A stretch of DNA of 64,000 nt from an uncultured Bdellovibrionales bacterium (GCA_964594215.1 CAZQLN010000004.1:862-64861); one strand, 5' to 3'. Shown: positions 20,496 through 32,857, counted from the first letter of the stretch. The notes: generated by a model from the letters alone, not told the origin. A program made the numbers and translations.

Positions 20496-20894
20496 TTACT
20501 CTTCAGTACTTTCTCCCTGGAGAGCCTCCATAGCGACATCAATCACTCGCTGAGGATCTACCAATGATTTGACGAGATAATACTCAGCGGCACCAAGATC
20601 AGTGACCGTACGAAACATATCATCACTGTCGACATTGCTTAAAATAATCACTGGGATTTTACAAAGCTCCGTATCACCCTTCAGTTCACGCAAAACAGCA
20701 ATGCCGTCCATTACTGGCATCTGAATATCAAGTAAAATTACTGAGGGTCGTTTTTCACGAATGAGACGCATTCCTTCAGCTCCATCAGCTGCTGTAATGG
20801 TTTCGATACCCTCAGAAGCAAACTTCATCCGGTAAATTTCACGGATGTCATCATTATCATCGATAATACAAATCAATTTTCCTTCCATATACAT
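20496..20894 (-). CDS. Stand-alone response-regulator receiver (CheY-like) domain protein
   Basis: IIDDNDDIRE...LLDIQMPVMDG...KIPVIILS receiver motifs. No output domain. Confidence 0.65.
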   Translation of the reverse strand: MYMEGKLICIIDDNDDIREIYRMKFASEGIETITAADGAEGMRLIREKRPSVILLDIQMPVMDGIAVLRELKGDTELCKIPVIILSNVDSDDMFRTVTDLGAAEYYLVKSLVDPQRVIDVAMEALQGESTEE

Positions 20895-20926
20895 ATTCTT
20901 AGTGTAGCTTGAAGTTGTTATTTTGG

Positions 20927-21373
20927 CTATGCATCAGTATGAAGTGTCGTCCCCCGATGACTCCGGTGCTTTCTGGCTACCCGAATACGGTTAAGCTCTT
21001 TATCGAGCATAGCTACCGTACGAGCATATTCTTCTTCATCCTCCAAGGTACCGCTATTTTTGAGCTCTTCGGCACGCTTGCGGGCTTCCTCCGCACGTTC
21101 AATATCAATATCTTCGGCACGTTCAGCTCGATCAGCCAATACCGTCAGTATGTTGTCATGAAATTCTACAAAACCCGAAGAAAGTGCTAGTTGCACCTCT
21201 TCTCCCGTTCCTTCCAGAAAACGTACCTCTCCAGATACCAGGGAGCCGATATAAGGGACATGTTCTGGCAAAATAGTTACCTCTCCAAAGGTCACAGGCA
21301 AGGTTACCTGACTCACCTCTGTTTCAAGGAGTAGTTTCTCTGGGGTAACAATTTTGAGATTGATAGAAGACAT
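20927..21373 (-). CDS. atpC: ATP synthase F1 epsilon subunit
   Basis: Position after atpD and length. N-terminal beta-sandwich with a C-terminal helical (AEEARKRAEE) region. Confidence 0.8.
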   Translation of the reverse strand: MSSINLKIVTPEKLLLETEVSQVTLPVTFGEVTILPEHVPYIGSLVSGEVRFLEGTGEEVQLALSSGFVEFHDNILTVLADRAERAEDIDIERAEEARKRAEELKNSGTLEDEEEYARTVAMLDKELNRIRVARKHRSHRGTTLHTDA

Positions 21374-21382
21374 AAAAATCTT

Positions 21383-23718
<2,336 letters not shown>

Positions 23719-23724
23719 GGTGGT

Positions 23725-25224
23725 TTAGGCTAAGAAGTTTTTCTTAAATGCTTCAATGTGTCCTCGAAGCTCTTCCTCTATCTCATCATTCAGGGCTTTG
23801 GTGGTGATAATTTTTTCCAATGTTGACTTACCCTTAGTATCGAGATACTCCAAAAGTTCTCGCTCGAAACGATTGACATCAACTACCGGTACCTCATCAA
23901 CAAATCCACGAGTAAGAGCGTACAAGACTGCCACCTCTTTTTCTACAGATAGTGGGCTAAACTGAGGTTGTTTCAACATTTCAGTAGCTCTGCGGCCACG
24001 CTCAATCTGAGTACGGGTTTTTTCATCAAGATCAGAACCAAACTGCGCAAATGCTTCAAGTTCACGAAACTGAGCGAGGTCAAGACGGAGTGTTCCGGAC
24101 ACCTGTTTCATAGCCTTGATTTGAGCTGCTGATCCTACACGAGAGACTGAGAGACCAACGTTTAAAGCTGGGCGAATTCCCTTGTAGAAAAGATCACTCT
24201 CCAAATAAATTTGGCCGTCGGTAATAGAGATGACGTTCGTCGGAATATAGGCAGATACATCTCCTGCCTGAGTTTCAATAATAGGCAATGCCGTTAATGA
24301 TCCTCCTCCATACTCTTTCGAAAGTTTGGCACTGCGTTCGAGAAGACGTGAATGAAGGTAAAAAACATCTCCTGGATAGGCTTCACGACCCGGTGGACGA
24401 CGAAGAATAAGCGAGATTTGACGATAGGCTACGGCATGTTTAGAGAGATCATCATAGATAACCAGTACATCCTTACCCTGATCCATGAAATACTCCCCAA
24501 GAGCACACCCTGTGTACGGGGCGATAAATGACAAAGCAGCTGGATCTGATGCACCAGCGACAACGACGGTCGTATATTCCATCGCTCCACTCTTCGTCAG
24601 CTCTGCTACGATGCGAGCTATCTTAGATTCTTTCTGTCCAATAGCAACATAGATACAAGTCACACCCTGCCCCTTCTGATTGATGATAGTATCAATAGCT
24701 ACGGCCGTTTTACCAGTCTGACGATCACCGATAATCAATTCACGCTGACCACGACCGACCGGAATAAGGGCATCAATAGCTTTGATACCAGTCTGCAAAG
24801 GCTCTCCCACTGATTCTCGAGTGATAACTCCCGGAGCAATTTTTTCTACTGGGTAAAATACTTTCTTTTCGAGACTCCCCTTCCCATCAATTGGTTCTCC
24901 AAGCGCATTCAAAACACGTCCTACAACATCGTCTCCCACTGGTACTGAAAGAATCCTGCCCGTACTCTTAGCAGTCATCCCTTCATGAATATCACCAGTT
25001 TCATCCAAAAGCATTACTCCGACTTCCCCCTCTTCCAGGTTAAGGGCTACCCCAAGGGCGCCGTTAGCAAACTCTACCATTTCGGAAGCCATCACTTCAG
25101 AAAGTCCTGAGAGACGGACAACACCATCACCAACTTCAAGAACTGTACCAGTTGCCTCTACGGTTGGTGTGTGTGCGAACTGCTCGATTTGAGTTTTTAG
25201 AAGAGAAATGAGAGGACTACTCAT
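23725..25224 (-). CDS. atpA: ATP synthase F1 alpha subunit
   Basis: GDRQTGKT Walker A. 499 aa. Confidence 0.95.
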   Translation of the reverse strand: MSSPLISLLKTQIEQFAHTPTVEATGTVLEVGDGVVRLSGLSEVMASEMVEFANGALGVALNLEEGEVGVMLLDETGDIHEGMTAKSTGRILSVPVGDDVVGRVLNALGEPIDGKGSLEKKVFYPVEKIAPGVITRESVGEPLQTGIKAIDALIPVGRGQRELIIGDRQTGKTAVAIDTIINQKGQGVTCIYVAIGQKESKIARIVAELTKSGAMEYTTVVVAGASDPAALSFIAPYTGCALGEYFMDQGKDVLVIYDDLSKHAVAYRQISLILRRPPGREAYPGDVFYLHSRLLERSAKLSKEYGGGSLTALPIIETQAGDVSAYIPTNVISITDGQIYLESDLFYKGIRPALNVGLSVSRVGSAAQIKAMKQVSGTLRLDLAQFRELEAFAQFGSDLDEKTRTQIERGRRATEMLKQPQFSPLSVEKEVAVLYALTRGFVDEVPVVDVNRFERELLEYLDTKGKSTLEKIITTKALNDEIEEELRGHIEAFKKNFLA

Positions 25225-25234
25225 AGAAGTAACT

Positions 25235-25627
25235 TTAAGATTTTAGGGTTTGTGAAAATTGATTAAGTGTATGGGCGAGAGTTTGATCATAACTCGTATC
25301 CTTACCCTGGACACGAAAACCACCGATGAGACTTTCATCAAGAACATGGGTAAGGTCAAGTTGTTTGCCTGGATAGAGAATGGCTATTTTCTTCTCTAGG
25401 ACAGCACGTTGTTTGGTATCAATAACATGCTTCGTAAAAACTGTCAGTCGTTCGACATCGTGAAGGGCTTCTTCCAGATCAATTACTCCTTGCAATACCG
25501 GAACAAATTTTTCCGCCTCACCTCTCTGAACTAGATACGCTCTAAAGTGAGTAAGGATTTTTTCTTTATCCCCTTCTTGCAACAACTCATGAAGGGCAAG
25601 GGCGTATTGTTTGACTGAAAGACGCAT
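25235..25627 (-). CDS. atpH: ATP synthase F1 delta (OSCP) subunit
   Basis: Operon position. C-terminal LIGGFRVQ-like motif. Confidence 0.6.
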   Translation of the reverse strand: MRLSVKQYALALHELLQEGDKEKILTHFRAYLVQRGEAEKFVPVLQGVIDLEEALHDVERLTVFTKHVIDTKQRAVLEKKIAILYPGKQLDLTHVLDESLIGGFRVQGKDTSYDQTLAHTLNQFSQTLKS

Positions 25628-25637
25628 ATGATATGTA

Positions 25638-26126
25638 TTATTTCACTAGGACACGCTTGATCAGCTCTTGATCCTTAGCGCTATCTACTTTCTCAAGCAG
25701 CACCTTCTCAACAGATTGGGTGACGAGGTCCACCACTTCACTCCGCACATCACGAAGCATTTTCTCGCGCTCTTCGGCAAGCTGTTTCTCGTTATCAGCT
25801 AGAAGTTGCTTAATTTTAGCCTCAACCTCTACCTCACGTTCTCTGGCTCGTGTCTTGGCATCTTGCTCTGCCTCCATCAGTATTTGCTTAGCCTCAGACC
25901 GCGCTTGCTTAAGAATAGACTTTTCTTCAGCGACAACACTGACAAGCTTTTCCTTGGCAGTATCAGCATCCTTGATACCTTGCTCAATACGTTCTGCTCG
26001 ACTGCCGAGAAAATCTAGCATCGGCTTGTAGGCATAACGCCTCAGAACGAAAAAAAGAATAGCGAAATTTACTCCCTGAGCAATAAGCAGTTTCCAATCA
26101 ATACCGAGTTTCGCCAATATTTCCAT
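25638..26126 (-). CDS. atpF: ATP synthase Fo subunit b
   Basis: N-terminal TM followed by a long charged coiled-coil. Operon position. Confidence 0.65.
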   Translation of the reverse strand: MEILAKLGIDWKLLIAQGVNFAILFFVLRRYAYKPMLDFLGSRAERIEQGIKDADTAKEKLVSVVAEEKSILKQARSEAKQILMEAEQDAKTRAREREVEVEAKIKQLLADNEKQLAEEREKMLRDVRSEVVDLVTQSVEKVLLEKVDSAKDQELIKRVLVK

Positions 26127-26162
26127 ATCAATAACCTACAACTAATAACTTACAACCAATAA

Positions 26163-26519
26163 CTATTTTAATTTCTTTTTGAATCCGCCAATTTGAGAAC
26201 TAATCACCTCAACCTTCTTGAAAAAAATTTCTTTTTCTTGTGGCGTGATACTTGCCATTTTTTCTAGTGTATCGATTGCTGCCAGTGTCTCATAGAGAGA
26301 ACCTAGCGCTATTTCAAAAAAACGGTTTAGTTCTTTATCTGAGGTCTTTCCGCTTCCTTCTGCGATATTCAAAACTACTGATAACGCTGCTCTACTCAAC
26401 TGACTACCTATTACATAACGTGACTCCTGACTTAGACTTGCCACAACCTTTGAAACTTCTATAAACAAATCTTGTGCATCTTGGTAGACTTGCCAGTCTA
26501 GAAAACGAAATTTGTTCAT
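26163..26519 (-). CDS. Four-helix-bundle protein of the 23S rRNA intervening-sequence family (TIGR02436-like)
   Basis: FRFLDWQVYQDAQDL...GSQLSRAALSVVLNIAEGSGKTSDKELNRFFEIALGSLYE matches the family consensus well. Confidence 0.7.
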   Translation of the reverse strand: MNKFRFLDWQVYQDAQDLFIEVSKVVASLSQESRYVIGSQLSRAALSVVLNIAEGSGKTSDKELNRFFEIALGSLYETLAAIDTLEKMASITPQEKEIFFKKVEVISSQIGGFKKKLK

Positions 26520-26557
26520 ATGTCGTTGTGAGTTGTCTGTTGTGAGTTGTCAGTTAT

Positions 26558-26800
<243 letters not shown>

Positions 26801-26876
26801 TTACTTATAATTAAAATTAATACGAAGTTGTCCTATTATACGGCTTTTTAGCACATCTGTCCAATGCTCATTTTCC

Positions 26877-27629
26877 TTAGTGTTCCATCTCCACCGTAGC
26901 CATCTTAAGGAAAACAAGTGTCAACATAGCGAATACCACCGCCTGAATAAAACCCACAAAAACTTCTAGAAAAAGAAATGGCAGAGGTAAGAGAAAGGGT
27001 ACCAGATGAAGCATAACAGTAAGCAAAACCTCTCCCGCAAAAACATTCCCAAAAAGACGGAACGTGAAAGAAATAGTTTTCCCAATCTCACTTACCAACT
27101 CGAGGATGCCGACAAACATTCCAATCACATACGGCTTGTGAAATGGACTAATAAGAAACTTTCCTGCGTAGCGTCGGACACCAAGAGCAGCGATGCCCGT
27201 AAACTGCACTACTACTACGACAATCAGCGAAAGGGCTAGTGTGAAATTAAGATCAGCGGAAGTGCTCCGAAGAAATGGGATAATAGTCGCATGTCCACCC
27301 ACTTCATGAGTCAGTCCTACAGTTCCCAGACCTGGTAAGAGTCCGGCCCAGTTCGCGCAAAGTACAAACAAAAATATCGTGGCAATAAGAGGGAAAAATT
27401 GTAAGGCTTGCTTACGATTTTGAGTTACACTCTCTACTAGATCAAGGAGAGCTTCAAAGATCACTTCAATAATGTTTTGGAATCCTCGTGGCACATCTTC
27501 TAAATTCTTCATCAAACGCGTAAAAGAAATCATAATCAATGTACTCACGATACCGCCAATCAGAAGAGCATTCGTAACCGGAAAGCCCCCTAAGGTAAAA
27601 AGTTGTTCTGCAGCAATTGAAATTTCCAT
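26877..27629 (-). CDS. atpB: ATP synthase Fo subunit a
   Basis: Multi-TM. Conserved Arg-containing helix (RLFGNVFAGE). Confidence 0.8.
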   Translation of the reverse strand: MEISIAAEQLFTLGGFPVTNALLIGGIVSTLIMISFTRLMKNLEDVPRGFQNIIEVIFEALLDLVESVTQNRKQALQFFPLIATIFLFVLCANWAGLLPGLGTVGLTHEVGGHATIIPFLRSTSADLNFTLALSLIVVVVVQFTGIAALGVRRYAGKFLISPFHKPYVIGMFVGILELVSEIGKTISFTFRLFGNVFAGEVLLTVMLHLVPFLLPLPFLFLEVFVGFIQAVVFAMLTLVFLKMATVEMEH

Positions 27630-27715
27630 TCAGCTCGAATTTTTGATAACAAAAAAGGGCTCTGACCCTTTATCTAAACGCCTCTATTGTATGCCCAAAA
27701 GGCATATGAGTCAAT

Positions 27716-28540
27716 CTAGGAGCCCCCGAATACCCTGACGAAATTAGCCTCTAGTTGAGCATCCAATACTGGCCGCGTAATACCGAGTAATTCACATACC
27801 TTTTCGGCTGTATGGATAGCGTAGGCGGGTTCATTGCGCTCTCCTCTTTTGGCTTGAGGCGAAAGAAACGGACAATCTGTCTCAATAAAAATACGTTCTC
27901 GGGGAATCAGCTTCACTGTTTCTGTTAAGTCATCCTTCGTGCCGACAAGCTGCTTTTTTACTGGATAGGTGATGTTTCCCGTAAAAGAAAAATGGATATT
28001 AGACAGTCCGAGAAAGGCTTGAGTCACTTCAGTATCCCCCATATAGCAGTGTAAGATGATTGGCAATACGAAGTTTGTCTCCTGGAAAATACTCAACATA
28101 TCCTCATAAGCATCCATAGTCAGAGCATTCTTCGGTCGACAGTGGATAATAAGCGGCAAACGAAGCTCGGCGGCGAGAGCTATGTGCTTCTTGAACGCTT
28201 CTCTCTGGGCCTGTTTCTGCTTGTCAGTAATCTCACCATGACTTTCTGAATAGTCCAGTCCACACTCGCCAATAGCTACTATCTTGCTCTGTTTCGCTAA
28301 TTCTGCGAGTTCAGGAATATACCCCTCCCCCACCTCACCACGAAACTCATTCGGGTGAATACCAACACTGGCATATACATCAGGATACTGTGCCGAGAGA
28401 GCAATAGCTTGCCTACTCTCTTCCAGAGTGGTGCCGACTACTAATAATTGCTTCACTCCGGCTGCGCGAGCCCGAGCTATCACCTCATTACGATCAGCAT
28501 CATAGCTATCCCAGTACAAGTGGGTATGGATATCGAGCAT
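27716..28540 (-). CDS. tatD: TatD-family metal-dependent hydrolase (DNase)
   Basis: MLDIHTHL start, TIM-barrel hydrolase motifs. Confidence 0.8.
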   Translation of the reverse strand: MLDIHTHLYWDSYDADRNEVIARARAAGVKQLLVVGTTLEESRQAIALSAQYPDVYASVGIHPNEFRGEVGEGYIPELAELAKQSKIVAIGECGLDYSESHGEITDKQKQAQREAFKKHIALAAELRLPLIIHCRPKNALTMDAYEDMLSIFQETNFVLPIILHCYMGDTEVTQAFLGLSNIHFSFTGNITYPVKKQLVGTKDDLTETVKLIPRERIFIETDCPFLSPQAKRGERNEPAYAIHTAEKVCELLGITRPVLDAQLEANFVRVFGGS

Positions 28541-28545
28541 ATTTC

Positions 28546-29964
28546 TTAGGCAATACGCTGAAACAAAGGTTCTGTTTTCCCAGTCTCGAGAGCCGTCTGG
28601 ATTTTCTCAGCAGTAGCTGGCATAAAAGGTTTGAGGCCGAATGCAATATATGAAAGCTGGCTAAAAAGATTTTTCATAACAAGGTTAAATTCTTCTCTAT
28701 TTTCTTTTACCAGTATCCATGGCTTTTCTTTATCCATGAAAATATTAGCTCTCGATACTAATCCCATAACCTCCTTCAAAGCCTCAGATATGTTGAGATC
28801 GGCTAGATGATGGTCTGAAGAGCTGTTCGTACTACTCACTATTGTTTCTGGTAAAGATTCTAACTGTTCTGCTAATTTCAGAGCACGAGATACAAGATTA
28901 CCAAGACCGTTAGCTAGGTGTGCATTATAAGTCTCAACCATACGCTCCATAGTCAGATCTACATCTGAACCATACGGACCAGCTGATAGAAGAAGATACC
29001 GTGTACCATCAGTACCAAATTTTTCTAACATCTCATCAACTGAGATTACATTACCGACTGTCTTACTCATTTTACGTCCTCCCGAAAGAATGAATCCGTT
29101 CACGAGCAAACACTTCTGGGTTGGTAAACCAAGATGCAACAACATAATCGGCCAGATAGTACCATGGACTCGGAGAATATCTTTTCCAATCAACTGAACA
29201 TCAGCTGGCCAGGCAGTGGGAACATTCTCTTTGTTTCCGTCCCAACCAAGGGCTGTGAGGTAATTAAGAAAAGCATCTACCCAAACATAGGTAGTGTGCG
29301 TTTGATCAAATGGCAATGGTATTCCCCAATCTACATTCTTGCGTGATATAGAAACATCTTCTAGCTTCTCACCTTCCAAAAATGAGAGGATCTCTGCCTT
29401 ATACTTCTCGGGCATCACTAAGAGGTCGTCACTCTTGATTTTCTGCACTAACGCTTCCTGCATGCTAGTCATCTTCATGAGATAACTTTCCTCTTTTGTA
29501 AATACTGGCACTGTGCCATGTTCGGGACACTTGCCATCTATAAGATCGCTTGGATTCTTGAACTGTTCACAACCGGTACAGTAGAGTCCCTCATACTCCC
29601 CTTTATAAATAATTTTTCGATCATAAAAATCCTGCAACACCTTCTCTACGACCGCCTTGTGAGTAGACTCAGTAGTCCGAATAAACCGGTCATGGCTAAT
29701 GTTTAGTCTCTTCCAAAGATTTTGAAAAGCTTCCGCTATTTCATCCACAAACTCTTGAGGATCTTTTCCGAGTTCTTTAGCTTTTTGCTCTATCTTCATA
29801 CCATGTTCGTCGGTACCAGTTGAGAAAAATACCTCTTTGCCGTCTCTTCTCTGAAAACGAGCTACAATGTCAGCAGCCACAGTTGTATAGGCGTGTCCAA
29901 TATGAGGCAAACCATTTACATAGTAGATAGGAGTGGTGATATAAAATGGCTTTTTGGCTTCCAT
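28546..29964 (-). CDS. metG: Methionyl-tRNA synthetase, short form of 472 aa lacking the C-terminal tRNA-binding extension
   Basis: HIGH variant PHIGHAYT. KMSKT. Confidence 0.9.
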   Translation of the reverse strand: MEAKKPFYITTPIYYVNGLPHIGHAYTTVAADIVARFQRRDGKEVFFSTGTDEHGMKIEQKAKELGKDPQEFVDEIAEAFQNLWKRLNISHDRFIRTTESTHKAVVEKVLQDFYDRKIIYKGEYEGLYCTGCEQFKNPSDLIDGKCPEHGTVPVFTKEESYLMKMTSMQEALVQKIKSDDLLVMPEKYKAEILSFLEGEKLEDVSISRKNVDWGIPLPFDQTHTTYVWVDAFLNYLTALGWDGNKENVPTAWPADVQLIGKDILRVHGTIWPIMLLHLGLPTQKCLLVNGFILSGGRKMSKTVGNVISVDEMLEKFGTDGTRYLLLSAGPYGSDVDLTMERMVETYNAHLANGLGNLVSRALKLAEQLESLPETIVSSTNSSSDHHLADLNISEALKEVMGLVSRANIFMDKEKPWILVKENREEFNLVMKNLFSQLSYIAFGLKPFMPATAEKIQTALETGKTEPLFQRIA

Positions 29965-30048
29965 ATTGAGTGTTATTAGCTTCTTCTACGATGTCATAAA
30001 GTCCGTCTTCTGTCGATATAGACGTCTCTCTAGACGTAGTTTTCTAGG

Positions 30049-30077
30049 TTGACATATGGCACTAACTAGAGTATACT
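30049..30077 (+). promoter_or_regulatory. Consensus sigma70 promoter TTGACA-N17-TATACT driving small ORF 1
   Basis: Exact -35 and near-exact -10 with 17-nt spacer. Confidence 0.5.
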
Positions 30078-30134
30078 ATGTAGGTGCAGATTTATAGGAG
30101 TCTCCACATTCACACTTTTCCGAGGGGAAAATTA

Positions 30135-30320
30135 ATGCAACAAAATACTGCTCCTGCCAACAACAGCTCAACCACTGAATGCACCTGCCAATTGGGACAG
30201 GACCATACCTGTGGTCTTCCGGGTCGTCACCTGATCAATCTCAACAATGCGCCAAGTGCCATGGAAGAGCGGTTCCGAGCGGGATCGGGTTATGTGCCAG
30301 CATTCTCTCGTCGTTGGTAG
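30135..30320 (+). CDS. Small Cys-rich protein of 62 aa (MQQNTAPANNSSTTECTCQLGQDHTCGLPG...) with conserved 5' leader and RBS GAGGGGAA
   Basis: Strong promoter, SD 7 nt upstream of ATG, rho-independent terminator downstream. GC markedly above the genome background. Confidence 0.4.
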   Translation: MQQNTAPANNSSTTECTCQLGQDHTCGLPGRHLINLNNAPSAMEERFRAGSGYVPAFSRRW

Positions 30321-30361
30321 AGAAGAGCAAGAGTCGTTATTTTGGCTGAAACAGCCATCCC

Positions 30362-30396
30362 GGGGTCGCTTTCACAAGAAGCGACCCCATTTTTAT
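30362..30396 (+). terminator. Rho-independent terminator (GGGGTCGC-loop-GCGACCCC followed by ATTTTTAT)
   Basis: Perfect 8-bp GC-rich stem plus U-run. Confidence 0.6.
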
Positions 30397-30403
30397 AAAA
30401 AAC

Positions 30404-30433
30404 TTGACTCTTGGGAGATGGTAGGAGTAGACT
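30404..30433 (+). promoter_or_regulatory. Sigma70 promoter TTGACT-N18-TAGACT driving small ORF 2
   Basis: Follows the terminator and precedes the second copy of the conserved leader. Confidence 0.45.
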
Positions 30434-30491
30434 GTCCGGGTAGATTTATAGGAGTCTACACACACTCAACCAAGTTCCGAGGGGAATACCA

Positions 30492-30845
30492 ATGTGTTAT
30501 AGATGTACTTCAGGTCAGGGTGGCTATTGTACCGACAGTGGAGAGGTTATTATACCGCGTTCACCAACCGGCCAAATGGCTGTTAGGCTCACGCGTAAAC
30601 CACCCCTTCAACACCAGCCGCACATGCTCACCGGACAGGCGAGCATCAGGCAGCCAGCTAACGCTGATACACCTCGGCGGACAGCAGATTGCGGACAGTT
30701 TTCACCCCCAAATCGTGGACTACAAGTGCAAGACCTCTTTACCAATCGTGTCGGCATCCATGAAGAAACCGTCGAGACTATGATGCAAGCTGCATCAGAA
30801 GCGGACGATCTCCTCATCGATGTTCCTCTCACCATCACCGGCTAA
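30492..30845 (+). CDS. Small Cys-rich protein of 117 aa (MCYRCTSGQGGYCTDSG...)
   Basis: Same leader and RBS architecture as ORF 1. High GC. Confidence 0.35.
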   Translation: MCYRCTSGQGGYCTDSGEVIIPRSPTGQMAVRLTRKPPLQHQPHMLTGQASIRQPANADTPRRTADCGQFSPPNRGLQVQDLFTNRVGIHEETVETMMQAASEADDLLIDVPLTITG

Positions 30846-30869
30846 ATATGGTTTCATTGTAAACCTGTA

Positions 30870-30922
30870 GCCATCCCGGGTCACTTTTTTGCAGTTTTTG
30901 CAAGAAGGTGGCCCGTTTTTTA
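30870..30922. terminator. Probable bidirectional terminator between small ORF 2 (+) and rsmI (-)
   Basis: GGGTCAC...GTGGCCC stem flanked by T-runs on both sides. Weaker than the first terminator. Confidence 0.3.
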
Positions 30923-31579
30923 ATACACAATAATCGTAAACTCTCCTTTGATTTTTTCTGGATACTTCTCGAAATGATCTAGGATGCTCTCTGTATCACC
31001 TCGTACTATTTCTTCGAATATCTTTGTAAGCTCACGACCAAGAATAATCTTTTTGCTAGGAGCTAATTCCTGAAGAAGATCCAGATTTTTAATTACTCGA
31101 TGGGGTGACTCATAGTACATAACCGGTATCTTACTCTCACCCACTTCTCGAAAAAAAGTCTGCCTCCCCTTTTTGTGAGGTGGGAAACCTAAAAATGTAA
31201 ATTCACGCATATCAACACCTGCTACTGACACCAGCGCTGTTAGGGCTGATGCTCCAGGGATAGGTACAACTCCTATTCCAGCCTCAATAGCTGCTCCTAC
31301 CAGTACATTACCTGGATCAGAAAGGCTTGGTGTCCCCGCATCAGTGACCAACGCCATGTTTTCCCCAGTCCGTAAGCGCTCGATGAGACTGGCTATTTTG
31401 CGTTCGTCACTGTGCTCATGAAATGAGCTTGTCGGCTTAGTAATCTCATAGTGAAATAAGAGTTTTTTGGTCACGCGAGTATCTTCGCATAAAATCAGAT
31501 CCACGTTTTTGAGTGTCTCAAGAGCTCGGAGTGTGATATCTCCAAGGTTACCAATGGGAGTAGCAACGATATAGAGCAT
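30920..31579 (-). CDS. rsmI: 16S rRNA (cytidine1402-2'-O)-methyltransferase
   Basis: MLYIVATPIGNLGDIT...ILCEDTR signature. Confidence 0.85.
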   Translation of the reverse strand: MLYIVATPIGNLGDITLRALETLKNVDLILCEDTRVTKKLLFHYEITKPTSSFHEHSDERKIASLIERLRTGENMALVTDAGTPSLSDPGNVLVGAAIEAGIGVVPIPGASALTALVSVAGVDMREFTFLGFPPHKKGRQTFFREVGESKIPVMYYESPHRVIKNLDLLQELAPSKKIILGRELTKIFEEIVRGDTESILDHFEKYPEKIKGEFTIIVY

Positions 31580-31588
31580 GGGGGTATA

Positions 31589-32857
31589 TTAGAGGTGGAG
31601 AAGTTTTTCTAGTTTGGCCTTCTTGATACTTGGACTAATCACCGCTAGGTTTAAACGTTTTTCGGTAAAAATCGTCTTAGCCACACGGAGCACATCTTCA
31701 GCGGTCACTTTGTCGATAGCTCGGAGCTTATCCTTAGGAAGAACCACTTGATTCTGAAGAACTTCTTGACCAACTAGATATTCTACGACATCATCTGATC
31801 CTTCAAGACCAAGCGCTAGACGACCCTTGATACTTTCTTTGGCTTTTTTCAATTCGTCCTTGCCGACTAATTCCTGGGTAATTTTTTTGTATTCATCAAG
31901 TATCACCCCTAAAGCTTTCTCTACGTTACCGTGCTCTACGCCTGCTTGAGTAGCGAGGTAACCAGCATCCAAGAAAAGATCGGTGCTCGTACGTATAGAG
32001 TAGGCCAATCCTCGACGCTCTCGGACTTCAATAAACATACGTGAAGACATCCCTCCTCCAAGAATTGTTGAGAGAACCGAAAGTACAGCCTTATCCTTAT
32101 GAAACATATCAAAAGCTCTCACCCCAACCACTAACTGCGTCTGATCGACTTTTTTGTTCTGAAGAAACACTTGCGGCGTAGCCTGTCTATCAACAGCCTT
32201 CTTGGCTACTGGTTTCTTACCGACGCGCACATGCTGGAAAATCTTCTCAATTTCTTTCTTCACTGTCTGAGAATCAATCTTCCCCGCTACTCCCACGACA
32301 ATATTAGAAGCTACATAGGCTCGTTCGAGAAACTTTGTAAAATCGTGGCGCTGGAAAATCTTTATATTACTTTTTGGCCCACCGATATCCCAGCCTAATG
32401 GAGTATCGCCATACAGAAGAGCCTTGAAGTGTTCTTGGACACGACGCATAGGCATATCTTCATACATATTAAGTTCCTGAAGAATAGCTCCGCGTTCTCG
32501 ATTAATTTCTTCTTGTTCTATCTTGGCATTGAGAAACAGGTCTGAAACAACATCCAGAGCAGTCCGCCAATGCTTTGAGGCTACTTTAGCATAGTATCCA
32601 GTATATTCTTCACCAGTAAAAGCATTGTATTCTGCTCCCAAACCATCAAGCTCCTTGGAAATATCCAAAGCGGTTGGCCTTTTTTCTGTACCCTTGAAAA
32701 ACATATGCTCAAGAAAGTGAGCTAGACCGTTCTCCTTACGGGTCTCATAACGAGATCCAACGCCAGTCATGATGAGTACTGTAGCGGTATCTGTATCCTG
32801 CATCGGTGCTAGAATAAGACGCAAACCATTTTTGAGAGTAATTTTCTGATATTTCAT
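31589..32857 (-). CDS. M16-family (insulinase-like) zinc peptidase
   Basis: HFLEHMFFKGT inverted zinc-binding motif. Confidence 0.7.
   Translation of the reverse strand: MKYQKITLKNGLRLILAPMQDTDTATVLIMTGVGSRYETRKENGLAHFLEHMFFKGTEKRPTALDISKELDGLGAEYNAFTGEEYTGYYAKVASKHWRTALDVVSDLFLNAKIEQEEINRERGAILQELNMYEDMPMRRVQEHFKALLYGDTPLGWDIGGPKSNIKIFQRHDFTKFLERAYVASNIVVGVAGKIDSQTVKKEIEKIFQHVRVGKKPVAKKAVDRQATPQVFLQNKKVDQTQLVVGVRAFDMFHKDKAVLSVLSTILGGGMSSRMFIEVRERRGLAYSIRTSTDLFLDAGYLATQAGVEHGNVEKALGVILDEYKKITQELVGKDELKKAKESIKGRLALGLEGSDDVVEYLVGQEVLQNQVVLPKDKLRAIDKVTAEDVLRVAKTIFTEKRLNLAVISPSIKKAKLEKLLHL

Noticed and set aside
30247-30838. 178-aa plus ORF (30247..30783) and 76-aa minus ORF (30608..30838) in the GC-rich island
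   Set aside because: Both run straight through the mapped terminator/promoter pair and the conserved leader of cassette 2. Long spurious ORFs are expected in locally GC-rich DNA.
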